Positions 12,992 to 27,026 of a stretch of 64,000 nucleotides of DNA are shown one piece after another (positions within the stretch are counted from its first letter, which is position 1; every line of letters starts with the position of its first letter). The DNA is taken from NCBI RefSeq assembly GCF_052425735.1, contig NC_135764.1, forward strand, positions 23,498,001 through 23,562,000, read 5' to 3'. The notes below the pieces were generated by a model. That model worked only from the letters and a program-made list of their open reading frames with translations. It searched no databases and was not told the DNA's origin. The DNA comes from Oculina patagonica. Lineage: Eukaryota. Position numbers and translations under genes: made by a program.

Positions 12992-14002
12992 TTTTAAAAC
13001 TACTTGGCAGCTACCCAGGAGTGGACAACAGAGAAAAAGACCATGTATTGAGAACATGCATCTGGCATACAAAGCACTGTTCTTAATTAAATAATCAATT
13101 ATTGGCTCAGGTGATACATGTATCTTGCCTGAGCAATTGTTTTAAGCATAACATACAGGATGCTTGCAGATAAGCCAGGGAGGAACACAGTTCTCTTCTT
13201 TTTTGCAGATTGAGAACTGCTCATTTTTAAACCAATCAAAGCCAAATTACATTTAGGCTCTGAACTGGAGTTGTGACATTGCTGTATTAAAGCTAAGCTG
13301 GTGCTGGCACCGAAAAACACAGTTTACAAACCCTGCAAAGCTTAAAGCACAAATTTGAGTCAAAAATGAAGGGTCAAGATGAAAAAAAAAAATGTTTTTC
13401 ATTACTTCCCTCTTCTCTCTACCATCGTTTTTTCTCTGTCTGTTTTCATGTCACAACAGATGATTGAGGCAAATGAAACCATAGCACATAGAAAAAAATA
13501 TTAAACTTGGGTGTCATTGATTCGCAGTTGACAATCAAAGATAACACATCTAGTTTCCTTCCAGCTGTAAATAAATTTCGTCTGAATGAAGAAAATTATT
13601 AAGAAATTAAAGGAATTAAATCAAGTGCCATAATTATTGTTGCAAACAGTTGAGTACCATCATGATAAGCCTACACAACAGGTGGTTTATGGGCTTATTT
13701 ACAGGCTTTTGTTGTCATGTAATAAATCTCTTATTAACCAAGCTTGCTTGTAAAACAATATGTATGGACCTTGCTGCACTCAGTCCATGCTATCAAGACC
13801 TCTGGCTGATTGCCATTACGGCCCTCGTGCTTGGTTAATAAGAATTATTATCCAACTTTGCTGCGTAGAGTACAAATAACGCACAAAACGAGTACAAAAT
13901 AATCTCACAATATTTATACTCATCTCATTCTCCCTGACTGCACGAGATTAAAAAACGTGGCAAGCCAGCATTTTGGAGAAAGAAAACCTTGGATAAAATC
14001 TC

Positions 14003-14130
14003 TAGCCTGGGAGCAGGCTCTCTATTCAGGGGCAACGCGAATTGAGCTCCTCGAATCGCGGGATCGTGCCTTCGGTGCTCGAAGAGTTCAATTCACATTG
14101 TCCCTGAATAGAGAACCTATTTGCAGGTTA
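14003..14130. mobile_element. Short hairpin MITE (TAG...CTA-type termini, AcademH-like)
   Basis: TAGCCTGGGAGCAGGCTCTCTATTCAGGG...CCCTGAATAGAGAACCTATTTGCAGGTTA, with similar flanks (TAAAATCTC / ATAAATCTC). Confidence 0.6.
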
Positions 14131-14712
14131 ATAAATCTCATAATAGACATTTAAGTGTGTAGTATCACTGTACATTTTTGCTCATCATTTTTATTTTGAC
14201 TCACCCTTTGGCTTGCCAAAATACTGCAAGACTCGTAAAAATATACAGCGATACTACACACTAAAATGTCTAATAAGATATATGATTGTATATTTGGTAT
14301 GTACATGTACACAAAGCAGTACACAATCCACAATTTAAAAAAAATAATCATGCCTTTTAAAAACTTCAAGCTTCAGGAACTTTTTAACTTCCATTGGAGG
14401 CTTCATTATACATGCTAAAATAAACTGGTTCATTTTATTTTTTATTTTATTTTTTTTAGCCAGTGTATGTGAAGCCTCCTATTGAATTCTCACAAAATCT
14501 TTCCTATAAATCAAGCATTTTTGTAGCTAATAAGAAGCTAGTCAGGAGATTCGTTATGTTTGGAGCTGGAGGGCTTCAGGGTTTTGCACCCTGGCAAATT
14601 ATGTGCAAGGCCATACCCTCTTTGGTAAACTGAAACTTGTCAGTTCAGATGTTGAAAACAGCCAGGCAAAACTGTACTTGCGACTGGTCAATTTGCCTGC
14701 TGGATGGCCACA

Positions 14713-15040
14713 TGGAGGCAAGTGTGGCCGAGTGGTTTGGGGCGCTGGTGTTGTAATCCGGTCATGTAATAAATGTGTTGTAATCCGGAGGTCCCCGGTT
14801 CAAGACCTGCCCTGGCTACTAGCTGGATTTATTTCTCGGTTGTCCCGAGTTTAAATCCTCGACCACGCTTTGTATATAGCCAACTGGTCTGCCTCCTGCC
14901 AGTTGGGATTTTTAACCTTGTTATGTTCATTTAAAAATATTTGTTTCCTCTGTTTCAGTGGCATGCCTGTAAACTAGCTATCTCGTTGAGATATGAAGCT
15001 AAGTGCATGACCACTATAAACACCATTTTGTATTTTTTAT
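14713..15040 (+). mobile_element. tRNA-derived SINE with a deeply conserved central domain (Meta- or Nin-type)
   Basis: A-box TGGCCGAGTGG and B-box GGTTCAAGAC, then CTCGGTTGTCCCGAGTTTAAATCCTCGACCACGCTTTGTATATAGCCAACTGGTCTGCCTCCTGCCAGTTGGGAT and a T-rich tail. Confidence 0.7.
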
Positions 15041-15696
15041 TTATTTTTTTTAACCCCTGGCTAGTGTATTTTTGACCAAAGCAAATAAGGCATATTTTTC
15101 TTTTTTTATCCAATACTGTTTTATTTTATTCTTATACACCAGACAATTCGCCATTGATATAATATTTTCCCTTGCATATTACAACAATGTACAACCACAA
15201 AAATTGAATGTGGACAAATTAATTACAAATCCTTGTCCATTACATTATTTCCCTTTATAATATTATTATTAAAATACTGTAAAAATATTTCCACTTCACG
15301 CTATTATCAATAATACCAGTAACCAGGTGAATATATATCACTCCCTGTATTGCACTAACAATGTACAGTAAATACACTGTATTTGCATGGTAATATATCT
15401 TGAAATGTACTTGCGCTCGGCAACAAAAATTGCCTTGCAATTTCATACCCAAAGGCAGATATCATTATAAAAATATAATGAAAAAAGTATTGATCATTTC
15501 ACACCCAATAGTCATTGCTACATAATTGTTAATTGTTTAATTTATAATTCCTAACTAGTAAATTATCACCTTTTTACAACAAAGAAGTTTGAGATTTTTT
15601 GACAGACTTGGAACCACATTCTCCCAACCAGAAATATATAACTAAAGATAATTCATGAAAAACATGAATTTTGATATTGTCAATGCAACTTTAGAG

Positions 15697-18600
15697 TTAA
15701 GTGGCCTTGTGTCGTTTCCTTGGGGAACATACATCCCCATTGCTTTGCTCTAGAGTCTTCTTTATGTACTTGGCAACAAGTCTGGGGGGTCGCATCTGAA
15801 AGTCCTCATGCTCTTCAGGGGTTAGTCCAACCTGGTCGCCCTTCAAACGGTCCAAAAGAGTGACACACAGTATAGCTGCAGATACACCTGCACGCTTACA
15901 CATTGCCGCAAAGCATACGCTTTCCATTTCAATGTTGCGCACTCCTGCATCATAGATTTTTTGCAGGAACTTGAGTTTGTCATCTAGTGTGTAGTCACAG
16001 AAAGCTCCATCAATCCTTGCTTGCCCTGAAGGATAGCAAAAAGTGATACTCAAAAATAAATCAGTGATAGTGAAGGATAACAAGAATAGCTACAGATATT
16101 ATCACTACTATAGTAACATGGAAAAAATACTTTGTCTGATCATTAAACTTTGATTCATAAGTACTGAATGATGGAAAAATGCTTACTTATGGATTGCTCA
16201 AGTTAATAAGGCTCGGTAGTCTTCCTTGATCTGAAAGATGACAAAATATAGAAATTTTATGCTTTCATCAACACTAAGCTTTCAGGTAAAGTTTGTAAAC
16301 CTTTGTTGCTGATAATGACTTTTTGTGTTGTTGTAATTTTATGATGGTAAAGACACTTACAATCATTTATCAAAATGTATACAAAAAGCTTACAGTCAAC
16401 ACTCTTAAATGGAACCATAAAGACCAGCTCCAGCTGTCCATTAGTGAGGTGTGTAGATGGAGTTTATAAAAGACTGTAGAAACATTCAGTCTGGAGCACT
16501 CTTGAAGAATTAATAAAAGTTAAAACCTCATTATTCTAAATACCTTCATAAAAGTCATGGGTACACATAGTGTCTCCAACTGCTGTAAGTATGTCACCAC
16601 TGCAATCTAACAACTGTTTCTGGAGTTGTTCATCAAGAGTTGCTGGAAACTTCACTACTTTACCTAAAATCACCTGAAAAGAGGAACAATCAAATTGAAT
16701 TTTCCATTATTTTCTTTGGAAGGAAAGTGTGCCATTTTCCATCTCTGACCAAATATATCTTCTCACAATTTTCAACGTAATAAAAGAAGTTTATAATCAA
16801 ATGTGCTTTTAAACTTCACAGAAAAATAATTTATTAATTATTAATCATTTTAATTTTTAATTTCTTTTTAATCTACTATATAATAATACAGTCGTTTACA
16901 CGGGACCGGTCCAGATCGGATCCGGTCCGATTTTCGGGTCGGATAGACCTTCTGTTTACACAGGACCGTTCTGGAACTGGTCCGGAAAGGATCCAAAACT
17001 GGACCTGCTATTTTGCAGGTCCAGTTATGGATCCGTTCCAGAAAGGTCCCGTGTAAACAGAAGCCGATCCGGGCCGGTCCGGTTCGGTTCGGTTCTGGAC
17101 CAGTCCCACGTAAACGTAGCCTTAGAGAGGTTCAACTGTACATTTTATCATACCTGTTCACTAAATGGTTCCAAGAGAGCATTGACTGCAGTTCTTGTGA
17201 TTACAACAGTTCCAGGCTCCAAACCTTTGAGAATAAAAGCTTAATATTAAAATAATGATATCTGTAGGTTACAGTAAGTCTGCATTTGAACCTAGTGCCA
17301 AAATGGCCAGCACATAACTGCACCGCTTACTGAAACATAGGAACTTGTAGTCTACTTCCCCCTGATGGGGTGCTAGTCCATAATTTGCTCAGAGCACACT
17401 AACCCATAGGCCATCTTTCCTCTCAGTTGAAATTTTTTTTAAACATTAAAAACTTCTACGTAGTCACTTAAGAGTCACTATATATAGCTTATAGAATAAT
17501 ACACAAATACTGAGGAAACAATAAAATTAATAATTACTATTGTTTATTATTACCTAAGCCTCCAGATGTGCCAATGCGGAAGAATTTAACATCTTGTGCT
17601 TCAGCATAATGCAGCAGTTTGAGAATTTCATGCAAAATGACGATAACAGAAGGAACTCCAATGCCATGCTGTGTGGATAAAGAATTGGAATTATAAGCAA
17701 GTCAGAAAAAATAAATGTTTCGTTGTCTTAAATATTTACAACCTTGTAAAACCTGATTTTCTCAGTTAAAGGTATATACATTGCTGACAGCAAGAAGCCC
17801 AGAAGTCTCACCCCCTTATTAATTAACGTTAACTTATTTTGTGCAGATTTACAATGTAATCCAATCAGAACTCAATTGGAAATTGTTCATGGCCTTTGAT
17901 TGGATAATGACTGCACAGATTAATTTTAATTAAAAAGGTTGTCAAACTTTTGGGCTCTTTAAGCACCATGGGGGGGGGGGGGGGGGGGGGGGCCCGGGCC
18001 GAAGGGGCGGGAGTGACCCGGGGGCGGCGGCCGGCGGCCCACCCGCCCGGGGCGAGGAGCGGCGCCCCCCCCCGGGGGAGGGGCCGGGGGAAGGGAGCCG
18101 GGGGACAGGTGGGCGTGGGGGAGGGCACAGCCAAACCGAGCGAGGCCGTGGACGACGCCCGAAGACACGAGAAGGGCCCCGAGGAAACAGCAATTTACAT
18201 AGGCACTTAAGGGCTTTTTTCCCAATAAAAAAGGCTTTCAGTCTCAGGCATATATTGATGGCTCATGGTACCTAGAGATGACCTCAGTGACTGGCAAGTT
18301 AAAACCCTATCCTTTTTCCTCTGAGAGTCCATGGCTCTGTGAACTCCCAGCTAAACAGAATTAAACGTTTGTAGCTTTCCTGGATCAGAAGTGATAATTA
18401 TAATAAATAATAATAATAATAATAATAAAATATTTATATAGCGCCAACATCCTAAAAGTTCAAAAGCGCTTTACAGAAGTTAAACATTAAAAATTTTCAA
18501 AACACTATTAAAAAATATATATATATATATATATAAAAATAGTAAAAATGGTACAAAAATGCTTACAATCTTACGACTAATAAATTACACTTAATTACAA

Positions 18601-19779
18601 TCTTACGACTAATAATTATACTTACATTTACAGCTAGGACTGGTCCAACTTTGTACAGCACATAACGATCAGACTTGGACAGGTTACAAGGCTCCTTATC
18701 AGTCTTCACATGGTCCTTGAGTTCATTTTGTATAAACTTGGCAAAGAGCTTTATGCGATCTGTACTTCCTCCCATGCACACAAACTACGAGAATCATTAC
18801 CATTCTATTAAAACAGGCCTATAGGATTGTTAAAAATCTAAGCAGCTGAGCATAATAAATTAAAAAATATCCAACAAATAATTACTAGTAAAATTAGATC
18901 TCAGTTATTATTATTTATAATCCACTGATCAATACTTGTGCATGCTTTAGTTTTAATGCTTTTGAAAGTATTTATAAACATTTGTTCAAATTTTTATATT
19001 TTTAACATTTTTATCTTGTACAAATTTTATTGTCCCACTGGGCCCCAATGGATACCAGCCTTGATCGTTGCTGAATGGGCCACCCTGGTTAAATAAAGTT
19101 TTCTTACCTAGGAAAAACCTAAAGTGAAAATCACAGCATCACTGCGGTTAAAATAAAATAAATGCAAGTTGATTGGTTTACGTAATTTGTTTAACACTGT
19201 GATTTAAATAAAAAGTAAGACCTGAAAAAGTGACTTTGTTCGTTTGTTTGTACTTGTCTGTAAAATCAGGTGACGATTATCAAATCGGATGGGGTATATT
19301 GGTATTTTGTACTTAACAACAACAATAACAACAACAACAACAATACAACAACAACAACAACAATACAACAACAACAACAATCAACAACAACAACAATCTT
19401 TTATTTCGTGCCCAGAAGAGTTTTTTACCAGCAATAAAGCCAATGGTAGAAATTTATTGGAGGGTTATAAAATAAATAATAAAACCCCTCCTGGCTTGCT
19501 GGTACACTGGAGGATACCGGTAATGCCCTTGGCTGAAAGATTGTCCTCAAAAGTTCACAGTTGCCCTTGGACAATCTTTCAGCCTTGGGCATTATCCTCA
19601 AATATACCAGCTGCCTGAAGGGGTTTAATTACTAAATATCGCCTTACCTTGACATCACCAAACAAGTTTCTGATATTTTCATGATCGCCAGCTTTCATTC
19701 CAATGTGAAATAGCATGTCATCTTCAAGCAACTTCAAATGAGGGTTACTCACAAAACGTGAGTTTGTTGATGAGTCCAT
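15697..19779 (-). CDS. UPP1: Uridine phosphorylase (UPP1/UPP2 family)
   Basis: Exons 19648-19779, 18626-18784, 17554-17668, 17154-17224, 16544-16673 and 15697-16025. Motifs FGDVKFVCMGGS, RYVLYKVGPVLAVNHGIGVPS, FFRIGTSGGLG, DFYEGQARIDGAFC and GVRNIEMES. A possible 5'UTR exon donor lies at ~21355. Confidence 0.96.
16890..17122. mobile_element. Harbinger-like MITE remnant with GTTTACAC/GGACCG internal inverted repeats
   Basis: GTTTACACGGGACCGGTCCAGA...CAGTCCCACGTAAACGTAGCC|TTA inverted ends. Confidence 0.6.
19316..19396. repeat. (CAA)n microsatellite in UPP intron
   Basis: Imperfect ACA/CAA run. Confidence 0.9.
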
Positions 19780-21899
19780 TTCCTTCTATCAAAAAATTGA
19801 TAGTTAATAGTAAGAAAAGGTAAGGCCATAGAATCTAAAAATCAAATTGCTATGCTAGTGGTCGACTCTGGTTTTTGTGGCGCAGAGAGGGCCTCACCAA
19901 GGGTGGGAGTTTGACTATTAATAGAGACCCAAGGTTGGGGGACTAAGTGTACGTGGGTAGGGATATTGACATCCCCAACAGTCCCCTAGGTAAAAAGTTT
20001 TACTCAGTTCCAATCTTGGAAAGTGGAGAGGGGCTGGCCAAGGGTAGGAATTTGACTCTCAATGGAATCCAAAGGGTGAGGAAATTAACATTTGAAAACC
20101 TGAAAATGTCAAATTCCCATGCGGTTGCCTGCATCACTGCCCCCCCCCCCCCCCTCATCCTGGCACAAACCATTGATAGGTGCATTACGTTTCCCTAATA
20201 ATTTGCCAGTACTCATTCATACCATGGTGGAGATACTGTGAGGGTTTCTTGGCCAACAACACAACACATGTATAAAGCATAATCCCAACCTGGACATCTT
20301 AAATCCAGAGTGTGTTGCTCTAGAAATATCCATACTCCTACTGTGTAGGTTCTCTTTGCAACACCGCCGCCTTCCCTTTATTTTAGCACCCTGAGGGTGG
20401 GATGGATAGGGGTATTCTCTGGAATCCACAGAATTATCCAGCATTCTAGCCTGTAGCCTGCAAATACAGCCACCTCTCATCGCTCCCGCTATTATGTGTG
20501 AAACACAAAGAGAGACGTTGTAGCAGGAGCAATAAGACTGCTGCTGTATTCGCAGGCTATCTATATCGTGTCCCACAATATGTTAATATTTGATTTCAAC
20601 CTAATATTAACTAAACTAGGGTTAAAACCCCCAATGCACTGTCTTACTCTATAGTGGTAGCCCAAGGTTATGTCATAAGCAGAATTTTATACATTAGGCT
20701 AGGATTTAGTTTTATTGGTTACACTGAGGCTCATTAGTAGCTGGGCCTTCCAAGGTCCTAAGCTTCAAATTATTACTGTTTTCATTTTGCTGATTGCCTT
20801 TATATTGGCCACTCTGGACTTTGCTGCACTCGAAAATCACTACATATGTTTCGTATGGCCTTCCTAGTCAGTCAATAAACATCTGATATTCGACACCTGC
20901 ACACCCCCGATACGCCCCCTTTATTCCCCCGGTCTGGTTTGTACGTGTTTACGTACAAGCAAAATGACTTGGAATAAGTTATTTATTAAGAATATTGTAA
21001 ATCACTGCCACGTATTCCCATTTAGGCGGTTCGCAAAGCAGGAGAACAAATAAACACGTGTAAATTTGAAAGAATACTGAGGTCAAAGTTATTGTTGACA
21101 TCTTTACGCGACCAGCAGAACGCCACAAGTACAAACTCTGAAACGAAAATCACAGCTAACTTCCTTGACCGATCTGTCTTGAAACCCTCCCCTGGAAAAC
21201 AAACGTCTTTAGCTAACTGGAGCGGTACGGTATGACCTCAGGGTATTTAAGCTATTTCCTGTTTAGTCTGTGCTTGGAAAAACAAACTTTTGCTCCCACT
21301 CGACGTATCTTTGCGTAATCCATCGTAATCTTATCGTGAGGGGGCCTTAAGCTTACCTTGCCCTTATAAACGTTTTCTAGCTTCCCTCAACAACCTGATA
21401 CTCTGAACTATTGCAGCAATTCCTGGACTGCAATAACTTGGTTGTGCAATCTCCCACCAAACTACAAAAGGCGACAACAATAGAGTAATAGAAGTACAAA
21501 TTTATGCAACGATCGAACGGGGTACGGGTACGACTCGCGGGCTCCTCTCTCGAACAAGCGGCTGGTTCACCGGGCAATATGTGTCGCCATACATGAAGTA
21601 TTTACCCAAGCCTCCTCTACCGAGGTCCACTTTCAGTTTCTTTCTGATGTCGTACCGCTTATTCTGAACACACAGAAGGCGGAAGTCAACTTTTTCCCTT
21701 GCACACGGAAAAAGAAGCCTGACGGATTACTTTTTTGGCAAACGAAATAGTTAATTACGTACAGTGACATAATTTGGCCTTTTTTTTTCCGTTTTCCTTA
21801 AATTCAGAAAGAACCTTACCCAAGCGACTGTATGTTTGCTGTTTGGTACAAGTTCCAGAACAACTACACATTAGCTCACATTCCAAGTCTGCACATTTT

Positions 21900-24588
21900 A
21901 TGGAAAGAAAGGTTAATGTGAAGCAAAGACCGTTGTCTCCTCGTGGTGATCCATTCGACCAGGAGGAAGACGTGCTTGACTACCCGGGACTAGATGATGA
22001 AAGTAATGGCAGTGGGCCTGTGTCGAGAGAAGCACATATTGCTCTCAGAAAAGGTATTGCAATGGGTATTGAAGCTTTCGATAAAAGGCTTTTGGTTCCC
22101 TTAGAGTAACAAGTAACTAAAACCAAACAAGAAAAGAAAGACCCAGTGTTTGAAGTGTGAACTATCTGGTATCTCCCAAAACCTTGAAACAAGAATTAGA
22201 GGATGATAACTCAGCAGGTTTTGCAGGAGAATGCCAATGACATAACATCAAAATAATATATTGCATCACTCTTTGCTCACTCAATTCTTCCCATTCTTTA
22301 GAGATTCTGAGATGCAACACAAATTCTATTGTGACGACATATATATAGCTCAACAGTGAACCACACAGTGTCTCTGAATGGTTGTTACATGTTGATAACA
22401 ATTCCGAAAGAACTGAAAGAACAACCAGCGAGACACCAGCTACTCAGATCTCTGTAGAGCTAGGTATAGATTAGAACATTAGTATTTTTCAGGTCAAAAC
22501 TTAGATGTCTTTTTAGCCTGCAAGCAGGATTGCTTTCGAACAATGAGTCACAATAAGAATCAGTCAGTTACTAGTGAGGCCTGGCTCCTATCTCATCAAA
22601 TTTTCTTGTTCACACCAGTGAGGAAAGTGAGCTGACTCGTTCTTGCAGCTTGGCCACTTATATGCAAGACCCTATAAGTCAGATTGCTTGCTAGCTAATG
22701 TCTCAAAGAACTGAGCATGAAAAGAGAGACATCTCTTCATTCAGCTAACATCCATTTTATTTTGTTATCATTTGTCAATATTTAGGAGATCTTTGGTTCT
22801 TAGTACCATTAATAAGTGACATCACTGATGTTGTCAGTTGATAACAGTGATGCCAGTGCATGTCGTAGCCAACAGCTAGTGTTATTGGCAATCAAATTAT
22901 AAAAATCCAAATGATAGTGTTCATGTTTGTTACTTATTAATTGTCACTGGCTGCCTTAAATCATTAACAATCAATTACAAATGAATGACCTATACACAGA
23001 CAAATGTGCAATCTTGTCCCCAGAGCCAGTGCGCAAGAGCAAGAAAGTGGCCAAGTCTGATTTGAAAGTCTGTGATTCATGTTCTTCCAGTCGTAGTGCC
23101 CAGACTCACAGTTTATCTCACTCAAAGCTGATTGGCTGACAATCAATAAAGAGCACTTTGCACATGCTCAAAATATTGGACTTGGCCAGAGTCTACATTC
23201 TTGGTGCTGACCAAAAGAGCAACAGGCTCTGGGGATGAGATTGACACAAGTACTGCAGCGTTAATGATATTACGTAACTTACTTACTGACTGACCGACCG
23301 ATTTACTTACTTACAATCAGTTACAGTCAATTTCTATTGAAGTACCCATAGTCAGGAGATGACATAGTTGACAGGAGTAAGTGTTTGTCAGTAACTGGTA
23401 TATCGTTAATAGAAATAATATTCAAGTTACTACAGCTTATATTAGAACTGACTGGGCTGGGATCTTGGACATTCTTTTGTGGCACTCCTGTGTGTTATTG
23501 TTATTGTTCTTTTTGTGCCTAGTGCAATAATACAATTTAGTTACTAAATGTTACCTTTCTGAATCTGCACTCATCAGCATTTGAAAACCTCAAGAAACGA
23601 TTTTTGGGGGCACAGGCAAGGAACTCTGAGCTACAGGGACAGCTAAAACAGAAAGATAGGAAAGGATCACATGAAAGAGTTTATCAAGAAAGGGATGAAC
23701 TACTAGGTCATCTGCAGAAGAGCTATCTTGCTTTTAAAGAAAAACATGGTGAAAATGAAGAACTAAAGAAGATTATTCAAGAATTGAAATTAAGTCAGGA
23801 AGCTAGAGCTCAGGTGTGTGTTTGCTCTTGCAAATTTGAGGCTTGCTGGTATATATGTGTGTTGTTTCACATTGATCGCGCTGTATAAGTACCACCAGAT
23901 TAAATTATTAGACCATACTTGTATATATCAAGAAGGTAACCTTCACTAACACTCGCCCAGCAAAGAGAAGTTTTGCTACTCCTGGCTACATACAAACACT
24001 ACATTCATTTTGTAACTACCTAGTACATACTCCCTACCTACATGTACCTACTTACCCTTCCACCTTATTATAATCTACTTACCTACCTCCCTACCTCCCT
24101 CCCTCCCTCCCTACCTACCCCTACCTGCCTGCCTGCCTGCCTACCTAACTACCCACCTATCTACCTGCTTACCAACCTACCTACCTACCTACCTACCTAC
24201 CTTCCTACATACATACCTACCTACCTACCTGCCTGCCTACCTCCTACCTACCTACCTACCTAATTACCCACCTACCTGCTTACCTACCTACCTTTCTACC
24301 TACCAACCTTCCTACCTACCTACCAGCCTAACGGCCTTTCTTCCTTCCTTCCTTCCTACCTACCTACCTACCTACCTACCCATCTACCTACCTACAACCT
24401 ACCTAACCACCTACCTACCTACGTATGTACCTACGTACCTACTTAACTAGCTACTTACCAACCTAACTTCCTACCTACAGCTGTACGTACCTAGCTACCT
24501 TTCCCTACTAGCCAACATTTCCTACCTACCTACTTACCAACCTACCTACATGTACCTAGCTATAATGTTCAACTTCAGCTATACATCC

Positions 24589-24619
<31 letters not shown>

Positions 24620-26336
24620 CTCAGTTTATTCATTCTTTTTATTTTCTATTTTCAGAGCAAAGGTGATTCACAACCTGGGTCAACCTCTGAGGAAGAAGGA
24701 AAACTAGAAAAGAAAAAATATACAACAATAGTTGAGGAGTTAAAAACGATTGGATTGGAAGTGGTAGAAGAAAATGATCAGTTATACATAATATTAACTG
24801 ACAGGGATAATCTGAAAAAATGGATAGAAGAAAGATCGGATGGGAATATAACGCTATATATTAAAGGAAGTACTTTAGAGGATAAAGCTACAGAAACAGA
24901 AACAGGAAAAGAAATAATATTAACACGACAGGAAGATTATGAGCAAGCAGAAGGGAAAAGAAAAAGAGTTGAAGCTGAGGTTATTCTTCTAAGGCAGAAA
25001 ATCGAGGATCAAGCACAAGAACTGAATCGGTTTTATAAAGTCTTTAAAGAAGTAATGACGCAGAATAAAAATTTAAGAGCAAAGGGACAGAGTAATAAGG
25101 AAATTGAAGATGGAAATACAAAAGGTGATGGATCTTTTTGTTTATGTTTTAAGATACAATACAGTGGAATGCTTTGAATTACAATACACCGCAAGACGAA
25201 GTGACTTATATTTCAATATGCACAAGGGCCTTTAGGCCAGTGTGACAAGTGATAACACATAATTCAAATATAAGAGACAAATAATTACTATACTACGGTA
25301 ATTATCATAATTACTACAATAATGGTAGTAAATAATTGCTGGTTCGAGACCTGACAATCTTGAACAGTTTATAAAAAATTCAGCTAGAAATCGTAACTGG
25401 AATTTTTAAAAACGTACACATGTAGCTTTTTCAACTTTGCCGCCGTTTATTATTTAAAGGAAAACCTGAGATTTAAATTCTCTTTTGAAATTCAATTCGA
25501 AAACCATGTAATGAGCTGTAGTCCTCGTATTTTGTATTTCTTTATTATTATTTTTTCTGTAGGCTTCTCTATGGTGAGATCCATCTTTATTTTTAAACCT
25601 TCTTGATTTCACTTCAGGTCTACCAACTTCACAGCCAGATGAAGCTCCCGTGAAAATACCGACAGTGCAAGAAAAGACTGTTTTTCAGAAGAAAGCGGAG
25701 ACAATGTTGTCTGCAGCACAAGAACAAGTCGTTGAGATGAGAGAAGTAAAAAAGCACTTGGATCAGCAAAACAAAAGTTTGCGTGCTTTGAAAGACCTCA
25801 CAGATAAAACCACCAACGATTTTGAGCAGTTAGTCAGCGCTCCGAAAGCCCGGCAAAATTTTGATGATTCTCGGGGAATTTACCCGGAGGGAAGAAGCCC
25901 GAGGTGGCCGGAAGAAGGAGCAATATCTTTACCCCAGGGACAAAGTAACAGAGAAGAAGAGAATTTCGAGCGTGTGTTCAGTGATGACGCTCCCTTGAGC
26001 ATGCCCGTCCAGGAATCAAATTTGCACAGATTTAAAAGCAGTGAGGTAGTCGGTGAATCTGTCTTTGCTAAGAGGCTAGGCGGAGGGGGAAATTTCGTGG
26101 CCCCGTCATCGAGAGGGGCCGAAGGCAAAGCGGTTCCCATGGCAACATTTCTGACCGAGAATACGTGGACTGGGGAGAGTGATGATATTGAAGTTATTGA
26201 AGAGGAAGAGGATTTTATCGGCGCTACTCCTTCGCGAGGCAAAATTTGCCCAGTGTGCGAGCGCTTCTTTCCCGATAGCTATGGGCAAAGTGAATTCGAG
26301 CTTCACGTCGACCAACATTTTGCAGATGATGCGTAG
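21900..26336 (+). CDS. TANK/AZI2(NAP1)/TBKBP1-like coiled-coil adaptor with C-terminal UBZ1-type zinc finger, 525 aa
   Basis: Exons 21900-22053, 23578-23813, 24656-25124 and 25618-26336 splice in frame (1578 nt). N-terminal [16 protein letters not shown] and [10 protein letters not shown], coiled coils, a PVQES motif, and C-terminal [25 protein letters not shown]. Confidence 0.75.
24010..24560. repeat. Compound (CCTA/CCTG/CCTT)n tetranucleotide microsatellite
   Basis: About 550 bp of imperfect TACC repeats in an intron. Confidence 0.95.
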
Positions 26337-27026
26337 AAAATCAGATGAAAAATCTCCGTATTTCCTCGAATAATAATTATTGTAACCTTTGTTTATAATA
26401 ACAAATACTTGAACGTGTTTTTTTTTTCGGCTATAAGGCTCGCAAAAAAGTATCGAGAGGATGAAAGTAGCACAAAGTGAACCACGAGCCGAAGGCAAGT
26501 GCTTTTCTCAAATTCTTGAGTGCTGTCTTCACGTCTTCACCTTGTGAGACATAAAGAATATAATCTAGACGTTTATTTTACTGCTCGCTTACAAATGCAT
26601 TTTTATAAAGCGTGCGAAAATCAAATTTTCCTTGCACAGCTGGTATATAAAATATAACGAAACTGAGAACAGTTGAAGCTTAGCAGCGCTCATTTTTGTT
26701 ACCTGCTTTGGCACAAAAAATAGCGTCAAAACTGTACTTTAGATCCCGACAGAGCATCCTCGAGATTGGCTTGAAACTGGAGCTTTATTAAACATGTTAA
26801 ATGGGCGGGATAAACCACTCCGCCCCTACCTTTCCCCGGTTGAAGTCAAAATGACCACCCCAGTTTCATCACACTTTTGATGGTCTCGCAATAAAACAGC
26901 AAAGTGACGTAGATTTTGAATTTTACAAATGCTTTCACACGACTGGTAGTTAAACACAGTTAGAAAAAAAGGTCAGTGATAAAAATTTGAAACCCTGCGC
27001 AGCGTAGGTGCTGAATGTATAAATGA

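Noticed and set aside
17965-18235. GC-rich island with Gly/Pro/Arg-rich ORFs in UPP intron
   Set aside because: It begins right after a ~23-nt G homopolymer and consists of inflated homopolymer runs. This looks like sequencing dephasing or a consensus artefact, not a gene or CpG island.
24042-24263. YLPT-repeat ORF
   Set aside because: Translation of the (CCTA)n microsatellite.
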